Below are positions 62,231 through 64,000 of a stretch of DNA of 64,000 nt, piece after piece. How positions within the stretch are numbered: the stretch's first letter is position 1; every line of letters starts with the position of its first letter. The notes under the pieces are model-generated. The model saw nothing but the letters and a program-made list of their open reading frames with translations. It did no database searches and had not been told where the DNA came from. The stretch lies in the NCBI GenBank assembly GCA_034780895.1, contig JAUZTB010000098.1:78660508-78724507 (forward strand). Direction: 5' to 3'. The translations under genes were made by a program, and so were the position numbers. Origin of the DNA: Rhynchobatus australiae. Taxonomy: Eukaryota.

Positions 62231-63814
62231 AAGAGCTGGGTATTAACAAGTATCTTAAGGAGGAGAAAGAAGTGGTGAGGTGAACTGTTCTGGTGTTGTG
62301 ATGTATTAGGAAATGAGCACCCGGACACCTGTAAGCAAGACCGCCAATGACGCTGTAAAGATCAACAGAGATTGTCAAGAGGCCAGAAGTGGAGCTGGGT
62401 TCTTTCAAGAGGCAAAATAAATAGGTTCAGTTAGACTAGATTAAAGAAAAGAACATATTCTAGAGGTGAAATACTGAGGTAATACATTGGGAAAGGAAAA
62501 AACAAAAGTCTTGAAATTCCTCTGGTTTTGCTAAAGTACCATAATATTAATTTAAATTCTATAAGCAAGCTACTCGTGATATTTGAATTACAGTAATAGT
62601 GTTACTTCATAGATTTATGGAGTTGTACAGCATAGAAACAGACCCCTCAGTCCACCACGTCAATGCCGTCCATCCTGCCTATCTATACCAATCCCACTTG
62701 CCTACATTAATTCCATATCTCTCTATGCCTTGCTCATTCAAGTACCTGTCCAGATGCCTCTTAAAGGCATGCCATACTCAGTAGGTTCCATGTCATTCTC
62801 CATAGTAAATAAAGAAGTTCATTGTTTTGCTGGGAATTAGACAATACAGGGAACCTTGAATTTCTCCAGAGCTCTGCTCTGCAACCAATGTTTTTTGTAG
62901 ATACATTATGTTATGCTCACGTTCTCCCCACATTCTTGTGACATTATTTAATCCTTTGTTTTTTTTGTGTTGCAGGATCCTTGACTTCCCTTTCCCCTTC
63001 TATGTCAGTGATCTATCTCTGGCTGCAGGGCAGAACTGCGACTCCATTCTTGTGGTCCACAAGGAAATCTCCCAGCTCCTTTTCTTCTTATCCCACGGGC
63101 ACCATGAAGGACAAGGAAGGATTTCTTTCTCCACATCCATCAATTCTGCTACACTTGCAGGTGATGAAATGTTTGAAATTCTTTTGCAAGCTTACTTAAA
63201 AGCAAACCTCTTTTGCAACACAGTTTCTCTCTTTCTGTCTCCAGCATTCCAGATTCCAGCTCCAGGATCATCCTCTAGCTTATCAACTATGGGATAAGGC
63301 CCACTGAATTTCCCAAAAAAAAACAAATTTACTGAGAAAGTGAAATGGGATTCAGTTATCTTTATGATTTACATAAGGAGTGGGTAAAAAAATTGATGGA
63401 ATCCAATAATACTGTGACTCCACTGACATATGCCAACACTCTGTATTGTAAATGCTCTGATCCAGCTGATTTGCATCTATTTACACACTAACCATCAAAC
63501 CACCATAAAAACAATCATTCATAAATGTCTGATATTCTACAGAAGCTATTTTATTTTATGCACTCCAAAGGAGAAAGCTTTCATTTTGGAACTGAATTTC
63601 AGAGAAAAATACAACAAATCACCGTCACCCATTCTGGAATCCAATTTCAGGTTTGGAAGGTTAATGAAAGTCGGGCAGGGATTTTCCTTTCTAAATGTAA
63701 AAACCTGGCCCTAACAAAAGTCAAAATAAGAATAAAATAATTTCTAGAAAAGGCAGAAGCGGTTGAGATGGAGTGCACGACCAAAACAGGCAGACAGAAC
63801 ATATCTCTTGTTGG

Positions 63815-64000
63815 TCTACTTGGCAAGTAATTGAATTAAAGATACAGGGTAATAGTCTCCTTTCATCCCTGGGGATCTAGGATTGAATCCAGCCGAGACA
63901 GATTGAATGAAGCTTTTCCTCAACTGCTGGCTGGAAGAACTGTGTGTAACAACAGTTGAGACAGTCTGACATCAACTCATTTCCTCGCCATGCAGGGTCA
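63815..64000 (+). mobile_element. LF-SINE-like ancient SINE 5' region
   Basis: cctttcatccctggggatctaggattgaatccagccgag...ctgctggctg...cagttgagacagtctgacatcaactcatttcct parallels the remembered LF-SINE head (CCTTTCACCTCTAGG..GGGTTCAAATCCAGCCCAG..CTGACGGCTG..GAGTTG..CAGTTCCT). Confidence 0.5.

Noticed and set aside
62908-63297. 129-aa ORF with an acceptor-like site at ~62975
   Set aside because: No recognisable protein, weak donor, no partner exons; cannot be supported as coding, though a lncRNA exon is not excluded.
24000-64000. SOX4 or another downstream gene
   Set aside because: No HMG-box ORF or CpG island is visible; SOX4 adjacency is inferred only from synteny in other vertebrates.

Overview
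Eukaryotic, AT-rich, repeat-dense genomic DNA with many N-gaps (draft short/linked-read style assembly). The repeat inventory (HE1/V-SINEs, SacSINE1-type DeuSINEs, CR1, Rex1/Babar-like LINEs, Penelope GIY-YIG relics) points to a cartilaginous fish; that is an inference and no species is claimed. The only host coding sequence I can support is the 3' end of CDKAL1 on the + strand: the penultimate exon (3611-3775), a ~19 kb intron, and the terminal exon (22770-22952) encoding the C-terminal tail-anchor helix, followed by a 3'UTR with AATAAA signals. The remaining ~40 kb is gene-free, which fits the CDKAL1-SOX4 gene desert known from other vertebrates. Most notable observations: (1) a recursive-splice/poison-exon-like module just upstream of the terminal exon that would remove the membrane anchor; (2) Penelope-derived elements and short palindromic non-autonomous derivatives carrying decayed minimal hammerhead ribozyme motifs, often as back-to-back pairs; (3) an LF-SINE-like relic; (4) a tandem duplication with a sharply bounded high-identity core. 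Repeat family names come from remembered consensus features, not from a search, and repeat boundaries are approximate.
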